Positions 35,109 through 45,365 of a DNA stretch of 64,000 bases are shown in pieces. A program made the position numbers and the translations under genes. The notes under the pieces are model-generated. The model was not told the origin of the DNA. It did not search any database and was given only the letters and a program-made list of their open reading frames with translations. How positions within the stretch are numbered: position 1 is the first letter of the stretch; every line of letters starts with the position of its first letter. This stretch comes from a virus (lineage: Duplodnaviria; Caudoviricetes): the IMG/VR virus record IMGVR_UViG_2866048730_000001, positions 32,314 to 96,313 of that record, one strand, 5' to 3'.

Positions 35109-38100
35109 TCACCACCCCACCATTCGTGCGCGGTGGGACGCCGCGAACAGCTCCTCCTGGGAGCTGAGCGAACTTCCCGCCGCTGCGTAGTAGTTGAGAA
35201 CCTTGGTCACGCCGCCGCCCCCAGTGGGGCCGAGACCGCCTGCGATGGCGGCGGACGCCGACCGCGCCGCGTTGGCGTAGTCGGCGGAGCTGGGGCGAGC
35301 GGTAATGGCGTCGACCGCCTTGGCCACCCGCCCGGATTCGCCCTCGATGCCCTGGGCGAAGCCCTGGCCGACGTAGCTGCCGAGCTGGGCGAAGACGCGG
35401 CTCGGCGAGTGGATGCCGAGGCTCTTCTTGATGGCGGCCACCATCGAGTCGGCGATCTGGAGCATCTGCTTCTCGATCGCCGCTTGCTGGCTCTGGAGGC
35501 CCTTCACGATGCCCTCGGCTATGTGGACGCCGTTGGCGTACATCGCATCCGAGGCGGTCGCTCCGGCCTGACTGGCGTACTTGGCGAGTTCGGCCTGAAG
35601 ACGGTTGACCTCGGCGATGCCGTTCTTGCCGGCCGCCGCGATCGACTCCGCCGCAGCCAGGCCCGCATCGGGTCCGGCCGAAGCGATCTGGTCCATGGCC
35701 GTCTGGCCAAGGCCCATGTCCTTCAGCTTCTTGAGCGCGGTGGCGAACCGTTTCGCCTTGTCGATGGCCGCCTGAAGGGCGCTCGTGATCCCGTTGAAGG
35801 AGGAGCTCTTCGCCTTGGTCACATCGCCGGTGTCGATGATCCGGTCCGTGACCCGCTGCGCGTAGGAGGCTGCTTCCTCGCGCATCTTGTCGAGCTTGTC
35901 GCGGGCGGCCTTGAGCCGGTCGGCCCCGGTGTCCCACTGGGCAGCCAGCTTGAGCATGGCGGTCCGGTCGGCGTTGATCCGGTTCTTCAGGCCCTGGGAG
36001 GCGTCGTTCGGGATCTTCTCCGTCAGCTCATTGAGGGCTTCCTTGACGCTGGAGAACTCCGACTCCAGACCCTTGACGAGGCCCTGGATGATGAGCCGTC
36101 CGGCGTCGTACAGCAGCACCGCGTCCTTGGGGGCCGGGCCCTTCCAGTCCGTGAGCTTGCTGGTCAGATCGCCGAGCTTGTCCTTCACCGCGCCGAACAT
36201 CGACGAGATGCCGCTGATGAGGCCGCGGATGAGCGACTTACCGGCGTCGACGAGCGTGGAGCCGAGGCCGCTCAGCGCGTCCTTAGCCTTGCCGGGCAGT
36301 TCCTTGACGAAGCCGATCGTCTCGGTGATGCCGGTCGAGATGGCGCGGCCGAGGGCGGACATCGCCCTACTGGCGACGTCCTTGATCGCTGACCATCCGG
36401 CCGAGAACAGGCTGCCGAGCCCGGACATCATCGAGCGGCCGAGGTCGGCGAGGAACGAACCAAAGGAACTGAAGCCCGACTTGATCGCGCTCCACGCGGC
36501 CTCGCCGAATCCCTTGACGGCCTGCCAGCCGGACTTGAAGGCTGCGCCGATGGCTTTGAGGCCCTTGCCAGCCGCGCCGAGGATGCCGATGCTCAGGAAT
36601 GTCTCGAAGGCTCCGAGGATCGTGTCCCAGATGCCCTTGACGAAGCTCCAGATGCCGGACCAGAACTGCGACCAGCCCTCCTTCAGGGTGCCGAAGTTTC
36701 CGGTGAAGAGCCCTTCGATCAGGCCCCACGCGATCTTCAGGACGCCGACGATGGTGTCCCAGACACCCTTGACGATCTCGACGAGTCCCTCGAAGACGAG
36801 TGCGACGCCGTTGACGGCGTCTACCAGGCTCTTGGCCAGCAGCTCGACGATGAACTGGATGACCGGCACGAGGACGGGCATCAAGATGTTGACGACCTTG
36901 AGCAGGGCGTCGAACACCGGCTGGAGTGCTTCGAGCAGGCGCTGAATCGCGTCAGCCAGCGGCGGAAGAACCGACTGGATGACCTCGCTCAGCATCGGCA
37001 GGAGCGGCTGGATGACCGCCGTGATGATCTGAAGCGCGGTAGCGATGATCGGCTGGAGTGCCGTGAGCACCTGCTGAAGGGCCGCCGACAGCACGGGCAG
37101 GATCGGCGCCAGCGCGGATGCCAGGGTCGAGACGAGCGGTGCGAGCGCGGCGAAGATCTGCGCGAAGAGCTGCGCGATGATCGGCAGGATCGGCGCGAGC
37201 GCGCTCACGAGCTGGGCGATGACCGGAGCCATCGCCGTGACGATCTGCCCGAACGCTTCCGCGATGGTCGGCAGGACGCCGCTCAGCGTCTGGAAGGCAC
37301 TGTTGAGCGCCTGGCCGATCACCGGAACGAGCTGCGTGAGGACGGGCGCGAGGGTCTGGATCGCCTGCGTCAGCGCACCGCCGAGGAGCTGGATGATCGG
37401 GGTGATCGAGGGGGCGAGCGCCGTGAACGCGTTCGCCAGCGGGACCAGTGCGGCTGCGATCAGCGGACCGAGCATTGCGGCGAACGCGCCGATCACCTGC
37501 ATCAGCGCGCCGAGTGCCTGGCCGAGCGGGGCCATCGCCGGGGCGAGCGCTTCGACAGCGGCCTGGATGCCGCTGAACATCGCCTTGACGCCCTCGGTCA
37601 CAGCTGGCTGCGCCAGTGCCGAGGCGACCGCGTCCAGGGCGGTGCCGATGACCTCGCCGACTTGCGGCAGGAGCTCGGTCAGGAGCTGCCCAAGCTCCGA
37701 GAAGAGGTTCTTGACCGCCGGGCCCGACTGGGTGGCGATGGCGTTCATCGCCGTGTGGGCTGCGGCAAAGACGTTGGTCAGGCCGGTCTGGAAGCCCTCG
37801 CTGTCCACGGTCGCGTGGATCTTTTCGAGGGTGTCGGCCATCATGCCGAGCGAGGAGCCGCCCGCAGCTTCGGCTGCGCGACTGATGCCGGCAAGAATCC
37901 CGCCGACGTTGTAGAGGACCGACCCCAGATCCTTGAGGGATTGGATTCCCTCGTCGATCCAGCCCTTGAGCTTGCCGTTCCCCTCGCTCTTGGTGAGGAA
38001 GGCGGAGAAGCGCTCCGAGATGTCGACAAACCACTGGGCCAGCGACGGCAGATAGCTCGTGCCGACCTTGCCGAGGACGGCGATGATGTTCGCGAAGGCG

Positions 38101-39206
38101 CCCGTACCGTTGGTGGCGATGTCGATCGACTTGGAAAGGTCGACGAACATCTGGTTCAGCGCGGGGTCCAGGGCGCCCTGGAGGCCCTTGGCGAAGGCGC
38201 CGAAGAACTGGCCGAGCTCGGTGGCCGTCTGCCGGACGCCCGCCGTGAACTTCGGGAGGAGGCCATCGACGAGCTCCTGAATGGGCTTCTTGGCCTGCTC
38301 CCAGAACTTCGCCGAGATCGCGTCCTGGAGACCGGACAGGGCACCCTTGACCTCGGGTAGAACCTTGTTGAAGTCGCGGAAGGCCGCGATGGTGACACCG
38401 AGGCCGACCGCCATGCCGCCGAACAGGCCGGGCAGGAGAAGGCTCGTGGCGCCGATCGAGGCGAGAGAGCTCGACAGGGCGGCGAGGTTGCTCGCGGCAG
38501 ACAGGCCCCACCCAGCGAGGCCGGCAATCGCGAGGGAAAGCGAGCCGATGATCGGCACGCTCTTGTCGAGGTTGCGCAGCGTCCGACCGAGCCGCTCGAA
38601 GATGTTGTTCAGCACTCGCGCGCCGGACAGAGCGGCGAGCGCAGTGCCGACCTTCGCCACGGCCGTGTTGTCCAGGTCGGGGACGATCGGCACCGTGCGC
38701 GGACGGGTCAGCACCTGAAGCCGGGCCGAGATCCGCGCGCCGAACCCGTTGGCGAGGTCCGGCTCGACCTTGATTTTCAGCGGGCTGATGTCGTCGGCCC
38801 AGTCGCGCAGCTTGCGCTTCACGTGGTCGGCGGACTGCTCGTCGAGCTCCAGCTCGACCTTGCCCGTGGTTTTGAGGTCGTTGACCTTGAAGTCAACCTT
38901 CTGGCTGTTCGCCCGGCGCTGTAGCTCCTTGGCGGCGTTCCGTACGGCGGTCGCCATGCCATCGGTGGAGATGGTCGTGTAGAAGCGGATCTTGCGGGCG
39001 TCGGACTGCTTGTTGCGCTTGTTGATCTTCCGGAGCTCTTCGACGAACTCCTTCGACGCGCCGCTCATGTCGATCGTCGTCGACACCTTGAGCTTGTCGA
39101 GCTGCTGCTCGATACGGTCGAGCTGCTTCTCCGCATCCCGCCTGAATTCACGGGTGTCGGGGGAGACCTTGACGGCGACACGGCCGATGATCTGGCCCGC
39201 TGACAA
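35109..39206 (-). CDS. Tape measure protein
   Basis: 1365 aa, Ala/Leu/Gly-rich repeats, LGIHSPSRVF. Confidence 0.95.
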   Translation of the reverse strand: MSAGQIIGRVAVKVSPDTREFRRDAEKQLDRIEQQLDKLKVSTTIDMSGASKEFVEELRKINKRNKQSDARKIRFYTTISTDGMATAVRNAAKELQRRANSQKVDFKVNDLKTTGKVELELDEQSADHVKRKLRDWADDISPLKIKVEPDLANGFGARISARLQVLTRPRTVPIVPDLDNTAVAKVGTALAALSGARVLNNIFERLGRTLRNLDKSVPIIGSLSLAIAGLAGWGLSAASNLAALSSSLASIGATSLLLPGLFGGMAVGLGVTIAAFRDFNKVLPEVKGALSGLQDAISAKFWEQAKKPIQELVDGLLPKFTAGVRQTATELGQFFGAFAKGLQGALDPALNQMFVDLSKSIDIATNGTGAFANIIAVLGKVGTSYLPSLAQWFVDISERFSAFLTKSEGNGKLKGWIDEGIQSLKDLGSVLYNVGGILAGISRAAEAAGGSSLGMMADTLEKIHATVDSEGFQTGLTNVFAAAHTAMNAIATQSGPAVKNLFSELGQLLTELLPQVGEVIGTALDAVASALAQPAVTEGVKAMFSGIQAAVEALAPAMAPLGQALGALMQVIGAFAAMLGPLIAAALVPLANAFTALAPSITPIIQLLGGALTQAIQTLAPVLTQLVPVIGQALNSAFQTLSGVLPTIAEAFGQIVTAMAPVIAQLVSALAPILPIIAQLFAQIFAALAPLVSTLASALAPILPVLSAALQQVLTALQPIIATALQIITAVIQPLLPMLSEVIQSVLPPLADAIQRLLEALQPVFDALLKVVNILMPVLVPVIQFIVELLAKSLVDAVNGVALVFEGLVEIVKGVWDTIVGVLKIAWGLIEGLFTGNFGTLKEGWSQFWSGIWSFVKGIWDTILGAFETFLSIGILGAAGKGLKAIGAAFKSGWQAVKGFGEAAWSAIKSGFSSFGSFLADLGRSMMSGLGSLFSAGWSAIKDVASRAMSALGRAISTGITETIGFVKELPGKAKDALSGLGSTLVDAGKSLIRGLISGISSMFGAVKDKLGDLTSKLTDWKGPAPKDAVLLYDAGRLIIQGLVKGLESEFSSVKEALNELTEKIPNDASQGLKNRINADRTAMLKLAAQWDTGADRLKAARDKLDKMREEAASYAQRVTDRIIDTGDVTKAKSSSFNGITSALQAAIDKAKRFATALKKLKDMGLGQTAMDQIASAGPDAGLAAAESIAAAGKNGIAEVNRLQAELAKYASQAGATASDAMYANGVHIAEGIVKGLQSQQAAIEKQMLQIADSMVAAIKKSLGIHSPSRVFAQLGSYVGQGFAQGIEGESGRVAKAVDAITARPSSADYANAARSASAAIAGGLGPTGGGGVTKVLNYYAAAGSSLSSQEELFAASHRARMVGW

Positions 39207-39209
39207 GGG

Positions 39210-39922
39210 CTACCTCCGAGAGAAGTGCTGATAGAGCTGGGCCACGGTGGCGGGCCGCTTGCTGGCCTTCTTCGCCTTGGCCTTTGCCTGCGGGCGGGGA
39301 AACGGCGGGATCTTCGGAGCCTTGCCCTTGCCCCACTGGCCGGTGGCTCGCGTGTTGGAGTTGATGGCGTCGAAGAGATCGGCGGCCAAATGTCGGTCCT
39401 GGCCCCAGCCGAAGTGCTCTCTGCCGCCCGACGCGAGGGCGACAGTCAGAGAGGTGTCGGGCAGCCTCTGCACGAGAAGGAGGACGAGAGCGGGCGAGGG
39501 TCCGCGGCCTGCGATTACCTCGGCGAGGTCGACGCCGTAGTAGAAGCGCAGGTCGGCATACAGGCCCTCGCCGTAGTCGTCGATCAGGCGGCAGAGGCCG
39601 AGGCTTCCCCCACCTGAGCGCCCTTGCCGTACCGGTCGAAGATCTCGGCCAGGACGGCGAGGTCACCGCCTACAGCCTTGAGGAGCTTGTCGGCCGCCGT
39701 CGCGTGCTCGGCGACCAGGCGGATCGCCTCGGACAGCAGCTCCTCCTGGTCCGCGTCCTCACCGCCCATGTCGTCCTGGAGCTGCGAGAGCTTGGTGCGG
39801 GTGTCCTTGGGGAGGCGGAGAGGGTTGAGCAGGCGGACCGTTTCGTCGCCCAGCTCGATGTCGGTCGAGCCGTATCGCGCCTCGGCGGCGTTGCGGATGT
39901 CGTCGAGGGAGAAAGATGCCAT
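39210..39922 (-). CDS. Tail assembly chaperone pair with -1 frameshift (short form 39584-39922)
   Basis: Slippery GGGGGAA at 39611-39605; -1 frame reads GSLGLCRLIDDYGEGLYADL into the 39210 stop. Confidence 0.85.
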
Positions 39923-40022
39923 GGGGGTGCGGACCTCCGAGGTCGAGTGCAAGAGGGGGGCGGACCCGGGGGAAAGCCCGGCGTGAGCGGGTCCGCGCGC
40001 TCACGCCGGGACGCAGGGGAGC

Positions 40023-40763
40023 TCAGGCGGCTGAGCCGGCGACCCACTTGGAGCCGTCCCAGAACGCCTTCGAGGAGTCGCCGAGGCTCACGTACTGGCC
40101 GGTGGCCCACTTCGCGGTGGGCGTGGCGATCACAGACGCCAGGGCGGCGAGGTCGGCCGGGGCGACAGCTCCGGTCGGGATGAAGGAGCCGGGCGTGCCG
40201 GCCGAGGCGCCCGTGGCGACGGTGCCGCCGAGCGGGGTCACGGCGTACGTCCAGGAGTTGGCGCCGTAGACCATCGGCTTGACGCCCAGGGGGAGACCGG
40301 CGAGCGACTCGGTGTCGCCGATCGCCATGTCGTCGGCCCGGTAGATCTCGGCCTTCGGGGCATAGACGGCGAAGTGCGACTCGCCGTCAATGAAGATCGC
40401 CATGAATGCGGCCTGAGTCGGCTGCGGGTCGGCAGGAACACCGATCGAACCGTCAGGCAGGAGCGGGGCGTTGGCGCCGAAGTACAGACGCAGTGCGGCC
40501 GTGTCGAACTGGTTCAGGGTGAACGTGATGGACTCGGTCCGCGCGCTGTACTTCGTGCGCAGGGACTTGTTCTGAAGCGTGCCGATCGTGGTCGCCTCGC
40601 CGCCCTCGGAGGTGATGCCGAAGACATCCTCAAGCGAGGTGTGTCCGACGTTCTGCCAGGGGGAGGTGGGCACGAGAAGGTCGCCGGGCATGGCGGTTCC
40701 GACCGGGGCGGTCAGATAGTTGCCATTCCCAACGACGAGGGTTGCATTGTCGTTGAGCGCCAA
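40023..40763 (-). CDS. Major tail protein
   Basis: WQNVGHTS motif; position upstream of chaperones. Confidence 0.88.
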   Translation of the reverse strand: MALNDNATLVVGNGNYLTAPVGTAMPGDLLVPTSPWQNVGHTSLEDVFGITSEGGEATTIGTLQNKSLRTKYSARTESITFTLNQFDTAALRLYFGANAPLLPDGSIGVPADPQPTQAAFMAIFIDGESHFAVYAPKAEIYRADDMAIGDTESLAGLPLGVKPMVYGANSWTYAVTPLGGTVATGASAGTPGSFIPTGAVAPADLAALASVIATPTAKWATGQYVSLGDSSKAFWDGSKWVAGSAA

Positions 40764-40840
40764 AGAGAAACGTTTCTCCTAGTTCGCGCACGCCAGAAAC
40801 CCCTATCGCCATATGCGTGTTGGGGTGCGTGCGGGATGGA

Positions 40841-41338
40841 TTACGGGAGGGGGAAAGGGCGCGTCCGCGGCTTGCGGATCTGGATGTCGTACACCGACTC
40901 GTAGCGCCACACGCCCGTGGGTAGATCCGCGTACTGCACGGGCCCGGTTGCCGTGGCCCAGTCGCTCGCCCGACGAGGGGAGGAGTTCATGTCGACCCGG
41001 GTGATGTGGCCCCGGCCAGGCACGACTTCATGGTTGAGCCAGGAGTCCCGCAGGACCACGCGCACGGCCTCGGACAGAATCGCAGCGTCGGAGTCGCCGT
41101 CCGGGTCCTCGGCGAAGCAGTTCACGACAACGCGGGCCGCGTCCGTGAAACGCGTGTCGGCCGCCCACTGGCCAAACGTGGGGTCACGGCGCACCAGTAC
41201 CAGCGGGAACTGTTCGTGGCGGTCGATGAGGGACTTCACTCTGATGCCCGGCAGGCCCTTGCGGAGGATCGCAAGGAGCAGGTCTTCGACGGGCGACAGT
41301 TCGGCCAGGGCCTTGATGTGATCAGGTATGCCGGCCAC
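40841..41338 (-). CDS. Tail terminator
   Basis: Size and synteny. Confidence 0.7.
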   Translation of the reverse strand: MAGIPDHIKALAELSPVEDLLLAILRKGLPGIRVKSLIDRHEQFPLVLVRRDPTFGQWAADTRFTDAARVVVNCFAEDPDGDSDAAILSEAVRVVLRDSWLNHEVVPGRGHITRVDMNSSPRRASDWATATGPVQYADLPTGVWRYESVYDIQIRKPRTRPFPLP

Positions 41339-41722
41339 TTAGTCGAGCTTCACCTTGCCCTTCCGCTTCTTGGGCAAATTCGAGGCGGTAGCAAGGATGT
41401 ACAGGCCGTCCATCGCCGGGAGCACGTCCAGGTACTTCCCGCCGTCCCTGTCCTTGCGGACGATGACGGATTCCGCCCGGCCGTACTCAATGGACAGGGC
41501 AGCCTTCTGGCCGCGATCATCCGAGAGAATTACGTACCGGTTGTTGTCGCCTGCCTCGACGTCGATTTCGGCGTGACCGTCCGCACGGTGCTGCACGAGG
41601 ATCTCCTCGGCGCGCACGGCGATCTCGAAGGCGCGGGCCGTCAACTCGGCCTGCACGCCCTCGTTCACGGCGACGTACTTTTCGATCTTCCGGCCATTGA
41701 CGCTCTGGTAGACCTTCGCCAT
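41339..41722 (-). CDS. Neck/minor virion protein
   Basis: AALSIEYG...GLYIL; synteny. Confidence 0.7.
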   Translation of the reverse strand: MAKVYQSVNGRKIEKYVAVNEGVQAELTARAFEIAVRAEEILVQHRADGHAEIDVEAGDNNRYVILSDDRGQKAALSIEYGRAESVIVRKDRDGGKYLDVLPAMDGLYILATASNLPKKRKGKVKLD

Positions 41723-42060
41723 CAGGGCCGCTCCCGGATGTCGATCGACCAGTGCCGAGTGCGGCGGTCGCCGTGGTGATACGCGGGCGGCGAGACGATG
41801 TCCCACTGGCGGCCCGCGTACTCGACGCGAGACCATAGAGAGACGCCTTCTAGATGTGCGTCCACGATCATCCGCGTCACGTTGATCTCCTGCTGGCCGG
41901 GAACTTCGGCGCGGGCCGAGCGCTGGGGGACGAACGCTGCTCGTACCTCGATAGGACCGTGCGGGTCGGCCATGGTGACCGTGTTGCCGCGTGAGTCAGT
42001 GACCTCGACGGTTCGCCAGACGCGGGCCTTCTGGCCGCGCCGTCGCTGGATGCTCACCAC
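41722..42060 (-). CDS. Head-to-tail stopper
   Basis: DSRGN...SRVEY..WDIV..P; synteny. Confidence 0.75.
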   Translation of the reverse strand: MVSIQRRRGQKARVWRTVEVTDSRGNTVTMADPHGPIEVRAAFVPQRSARAEVPGQQEINVTRMIVDAHLEGVSLWSRVEYAGRQWDIVSPPAYHHGDRRTRHWSIDIRERP

Positions 42061-42512
42061 GGCCCCCTGTCGTTGGAGAACAGGGGGAAGGGAGCGCCGT
42101 CGTAGTCGACGGGTACGAGCCCCGCGCGGCTGGGCCGGTCGCGTGAGTCCCAGGCAGAGACGACCACGCTCGTGAGGGTCGGGCGAGTGCCGGCTAGCCC
42201 TTCGAGGAGTTTGATCTCCTCGCGGGTGAAGTACACGGACCCGGCGTCGCGGCCGTGGGCATCGCTCCAGGCGAGCGTCTCGTCACCGGCCCGGCTCTGC
42301 GTATAGCCGTGCGGGTTGCGTAGGTAGCGCGCTGCGGCTTTGAGGACGAGGGTGCGTACCAGCCGGGGCGGGTGCTCCTCGGGCCAGTCGCGGCCGTGGG
42401 CGGCGGCCAGGTCGGAGGCATCCTCCAGGGCACCGGCCGCGATGCGGAGCTCATCGTCGTCGAGCTCCCAGTCGAGACGAGTCTTGAGCCCGTCAAGGGT
42501 GGCGTACGCCAA
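42054..42512 (-). CDS. Head-to-tail adaptor
   Basis: AYATLD...LEDAS...RNPHG; follows capsid gene. Confidence 0.8.
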   Translation of the reverse strand: MAYATLDGLKTRLDWELDDDELRIAAGALEDASDLAAAHGRDWPEEHPPRLVRTLVLKAAARYLRNPHGYTQSRAGDETLAWSDAHGRDAGSVYFTREEIKLLEGLAGTRPTLTSVVVSAWDSRDRPSRAGLVPVDYDGAPFPLFSNDRGPW

Positions 42513-42587
42513 CCGACGACCTCCTTTCGCAAAGGCCGGCGGGCCGCGCGCCTGGGTCTCCAGGTCACGCGGCCCGCTGTGTCGCGA

Positions 42588-43670
42588 TCAGGCGTTGGCC
42601 GGGTCGGTCTCGGCCGCCGGGCCGGTCGGGGTGAAGACCTTCGCGGCGGAGACGCCGGTGATGGTCGCGAGTTCGGAGCCCACCTCGGGGTAGTCGCTCT
42701 TGCCATCGAGCTGGAGCTTGATCCCGCGCACGAAGTGCTCCTGCGTGGAGATGACTTCCTTCTCCTTCGCCGGGTCCCAGCCGACGAGCACGTCCTTGAC
42801 CGAGCGGAAGCCCTGGTAGCAGTTGACGATGCTGCGGTCCTGGAAGTATTCGCTGTCGTAGTCCCGCAGCCAGCGCAGGGCCAGGCCCTCAAAGCTCGTG
42901 GTGGCGCCGAACGGAACAGACTGCGGCACCGAGGGAGCCGCCGACGCGAAGATGAAGCCGGACTGGGCGAAGGCGAACGCAGAGTCAGCCGGGATAGTCT
43001 GATCCACGATGAACCGGAACCCGTAGCGGTTGCCGAGCGTGGCGTTCACCAGAGCGGATTCCGCCTGCCCGTCACCGACGTTGGAGGCAAGGTTCAGATC
43101 AGGGTCGGACAGCAGGACGGTCTCGAAGTCCGATCCGACGACCATGTACCGGTTGCCCTCGGGCACGTTGAACTTGTTCATCACGCGCCGGGCCTCAATG
43201 ATCGCCTTGCGCATGGACTTCTCGGCGTTGCCGACCGTTACCGCGTAGGGCTGGTCGACCAGGGTCTTCACCGCCCGGCGGGCTAGGCCGCGCGCAATCG
43301 CCTTCACCTGCGGGCGTAGGAGCTTGCCCCACTGGTGGATGTCGAAGTCGGCCTGCTCGTCCGTGAGCTTCACACCGTTGTAGACGTTGCCGCCGAAGGT
43401 GACGGGGATGGTCCGCTCGGCGTACTCGTCGAACACGACACGCTGACGGGCGCCCGGCGTGGAGCTGCCCGCAGAACCGGAACGCCACTCGTAGTCGTGG
43501 AAGGGCAGGACACCCTCGACCGTGACGTTGATCGTGTCGTTCTTGGCGCCCTTGAAGCGGTCCACGCCCTCCTTGGTGAAGAGGTTCGGCACGAGGAGCT
43601 CCTGCTCCAGCATCCCGATAGCGGTGTTGATCAGCTTCTCAGGCTTGACTACCTGATGCTCGGCTGTCAC
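42588..43670 (-). CDS. Major capsid protein
   Basis: 360 aa between scaffold and adaptor; AGGAGG RBS. Confidence 0.88.
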   Translation of the reverse strand: MTAEHQVVKPEKLINTAIGMLEQELLVPNLFTKEGVDRFKGAKNDTINVTVEGVLPFHDYEWRSGSAGSSTPGARQRVVFDEYAERTIPVTFGGNVYNGVKLTDEQADFDIHQWGKLLRPQVKAIARGLARRAVKTLVDQPYAVTVGNAEKSMRKAIIEARRVMNKFNVPEGNRYMVVGSDFETVLLSDPDLNLASNVGDGQAESALVNATLGNRYGFRFIVDQTIPADSAFAFAQSGFIFASAAPSVPQSVPFGATTSFEGLALRWLRDYDSEYFQDRSIVNCYQGFRSVKDVLVGWDPAKEKEVISTQEHFVRGIKLQLDGKSDYPEVGSELATITGVSAAKVFTPTGPAAETDPANA

Positions 43671-43687
43671 TAAGCCTCCTGGGGCAT

Positions 43688-43713
43688 AAAAAAAGCCCCC
43701 GGAAACCGGAGGC
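43688..43713 (-). terminator. Intrinsic terminator between scaffold and capsid genes
   Basis: GCCTCCGG-TTT-CCGGGGGC then T7 on the minus strand. Confidence 0.7.
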
Positions 43714-43739
43714 GTAGCTAATGGGGGTGAGGACTCAGA

Positions 43740-44237
43740 TCAGCGACGGGTGAGACGCGCGAGCTTGCGCGGGTCCATCTCTCCGTCTCCGTCGTCGGGC
43801 GTCAGGCCGCCACCGAGCGACGGGGGAAGCGGGGCCGGGACGTACTTGGCCAGCACCTTCGCGTGCGCTTCGAGCGCGGCCTCGTCCTCGCCGCGCAGCG
43901 CGTCCGCGAGATCGTCGGGGAGCTCGTGCCGGCGGGCGACGCTGGACCGCAGGATGGAGCGCTCCAGCTCGGCGTTCTGCGCCTTGAGCTCGGCGACGGC
44001 CGCCTCGATCTCCGCTGGGTCCTTGGCCTCGCCGAGCTTGGACTCGGCGTCCCGCAGACGAGTGCGGTAGTTCGCGGCTTCGCCGCGAACCTTGGCCAGC
44101 TCCTTGCGCGCCCACTCGGGGAGGGCGTCTTCGCCGGACGGCTCGGCCGTCTCGGTAGACACGGGCTGGTCGGCCGCCGAGGTCTGTTCCTGCTCGGGCG
44201 TGGTCGCCTCGGCCTGGGTGCTGGTCTCTTCGGTCAC
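43740..44237 (-). CDS. Scaffolding protein
   Basis: LPEWARKEL...EAANYR, coiled coil. Confidence 0.85.
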   Translation of the reverse strand: MTEETSTQAEATTPEQEQTSAADQPVSTETAEPSGEDALPEWARKELAKVRGEAANYRTRLRDAESKLGEAKDPAEIEAAVAELKAQNAELERSILRSSVARRHELPDDLADALRGEDEAALEAHAKVLAKYVPAPLPPSLGGGLTPDDGDGEMDPRKLARLTRR

Positions 44238-44240
44238 GGG

Positions 44241-45365
44241 TCACGCCTCCTGGGTCGTGTTCGTGGTCTGCCGCGCCTCCTGGGCTGCGGCTCGTTGCTT
44301 CTGGCGGATGAACCGGCGCCAGACGCTGATCGCGTCCTTGCCGGTGTGGCCCCTCGTGACCTTTGGCCACAGAGCCTCGTACTGCCGCGACAGCGCGGTC
44401 AACTCGCTCGACTGGTACTGATCCCGGTTCCAGACCGGCATCGCGTAGCAGTGGCAGTTGTCGTGATACTTGTCGCCGTCTGCAAAGGTGGCGGCCGACT
44501 CGCTCTTGTAGACCGGGCCTCGGCTGATGAGCATGGCGCACCATCCGCACGGGGTGCCGGTACGCGACAGCCGGATGTACCCGAGGGTTCGCCGGTCACG
44601 GCGCATGTGCGTCCAGTTCGAGGACCGGGCGCCGTTCATCGCCATCCGTGAGGCCGCGGCTGCCTGCCGGGCTCCTGCTTGCCGGTGTGCTTCCGCGCGA
44701 GCGGCATCGGCGGCCTTAGCTGACTGCTGGTCGTCGACCTCGGCGAGTCGCCTGTTCAGGTTCTGCGTGCCGAGGGCATCGAGCACCGTGCGGAGCTCCA
44801 ATTCGGCCGCGCGCTCGATGCGCTCCTCTTCTTCCCGGAGCCCCTCCAGCTCCTCGACGAGGATCTTCTCCCAGTCGTCGTCACCGTCGTCGAGCTCCTG
44901 GTGCTCGTCCTTCTCCGTGGCCGCCGGGACGCCCTCCTCCACAGGGTGTGGATCTTTCCCGCGTGGTTGCGAGGCTTCCCCGGACTTGCCGGTCGCGCCC
45001 TCGTTCGCACGCGGGGTGGAGGGGCTGGAGGTGCCGGCCAGCACAGCGAACTCGCGGCGCAGATCGCCGAGCGTGACGTGCTCCGGTTCCGGGTGGTACG
45101 GGTCGGCGACCGTCGTACCGGTCTGAAGGGCGCGGGCGAGCCGAAAGTAGGCGCGGGCCAGATCCCGCGCTTGGCGCCTGCGGCCCATGACCAGAGAGAT
45201 CGCCCGCCGCAGCCAGCCGCCTGCGGTGGCGGCCCGCAGATCGGCCGGCACGTCCGCCCAGAGGGTCAGCGCCTCGGCCGTGGTCTGCACGCCGATCTGC
45301 GTCAGGGCTACGTGGAAGGCCGCCGCCACCTCGTCCGTCTCGGCCTGCCTGGCGGGGCGCGTCAC
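44241..45365 (-). CDS. Capsid maturation/MuF-like protein
   Basis: CGWCAMLISRGPVY, YHDNCHC. Confidence 0.8.
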   Translation of the reverse strand: MTRPARQAETDEVAAAFHVALTQIGVQTTAEALTLWADVPADLRAATAGGWLRRAISLVMGRRRQARDLARAYFRLARALQTGTTVADPYHPEPEHVTLGDLRREFAVLAGTSSPSTPRANEGATGKSGEASQPRGKDPHPVEEGVPAATEKDEHQELDDGDDDWEKILVEELEGLREEEERIERAAELELRTVLDALGTQNLNRRLAEVDDQQSAKAADAARAEAHRQAGARQAAAASRMAMNGARSSNWTHMRRDRRTLGYIRLSRTGTPCGWCAMLISRGPVYKSESAATFADGDKYHDNCHCYAMPVWNRDQYQSSELTALSRQYEALWPKVTRGHTGKDAISVWRRFIRQKQRAAAQEARQTTNTTQEA

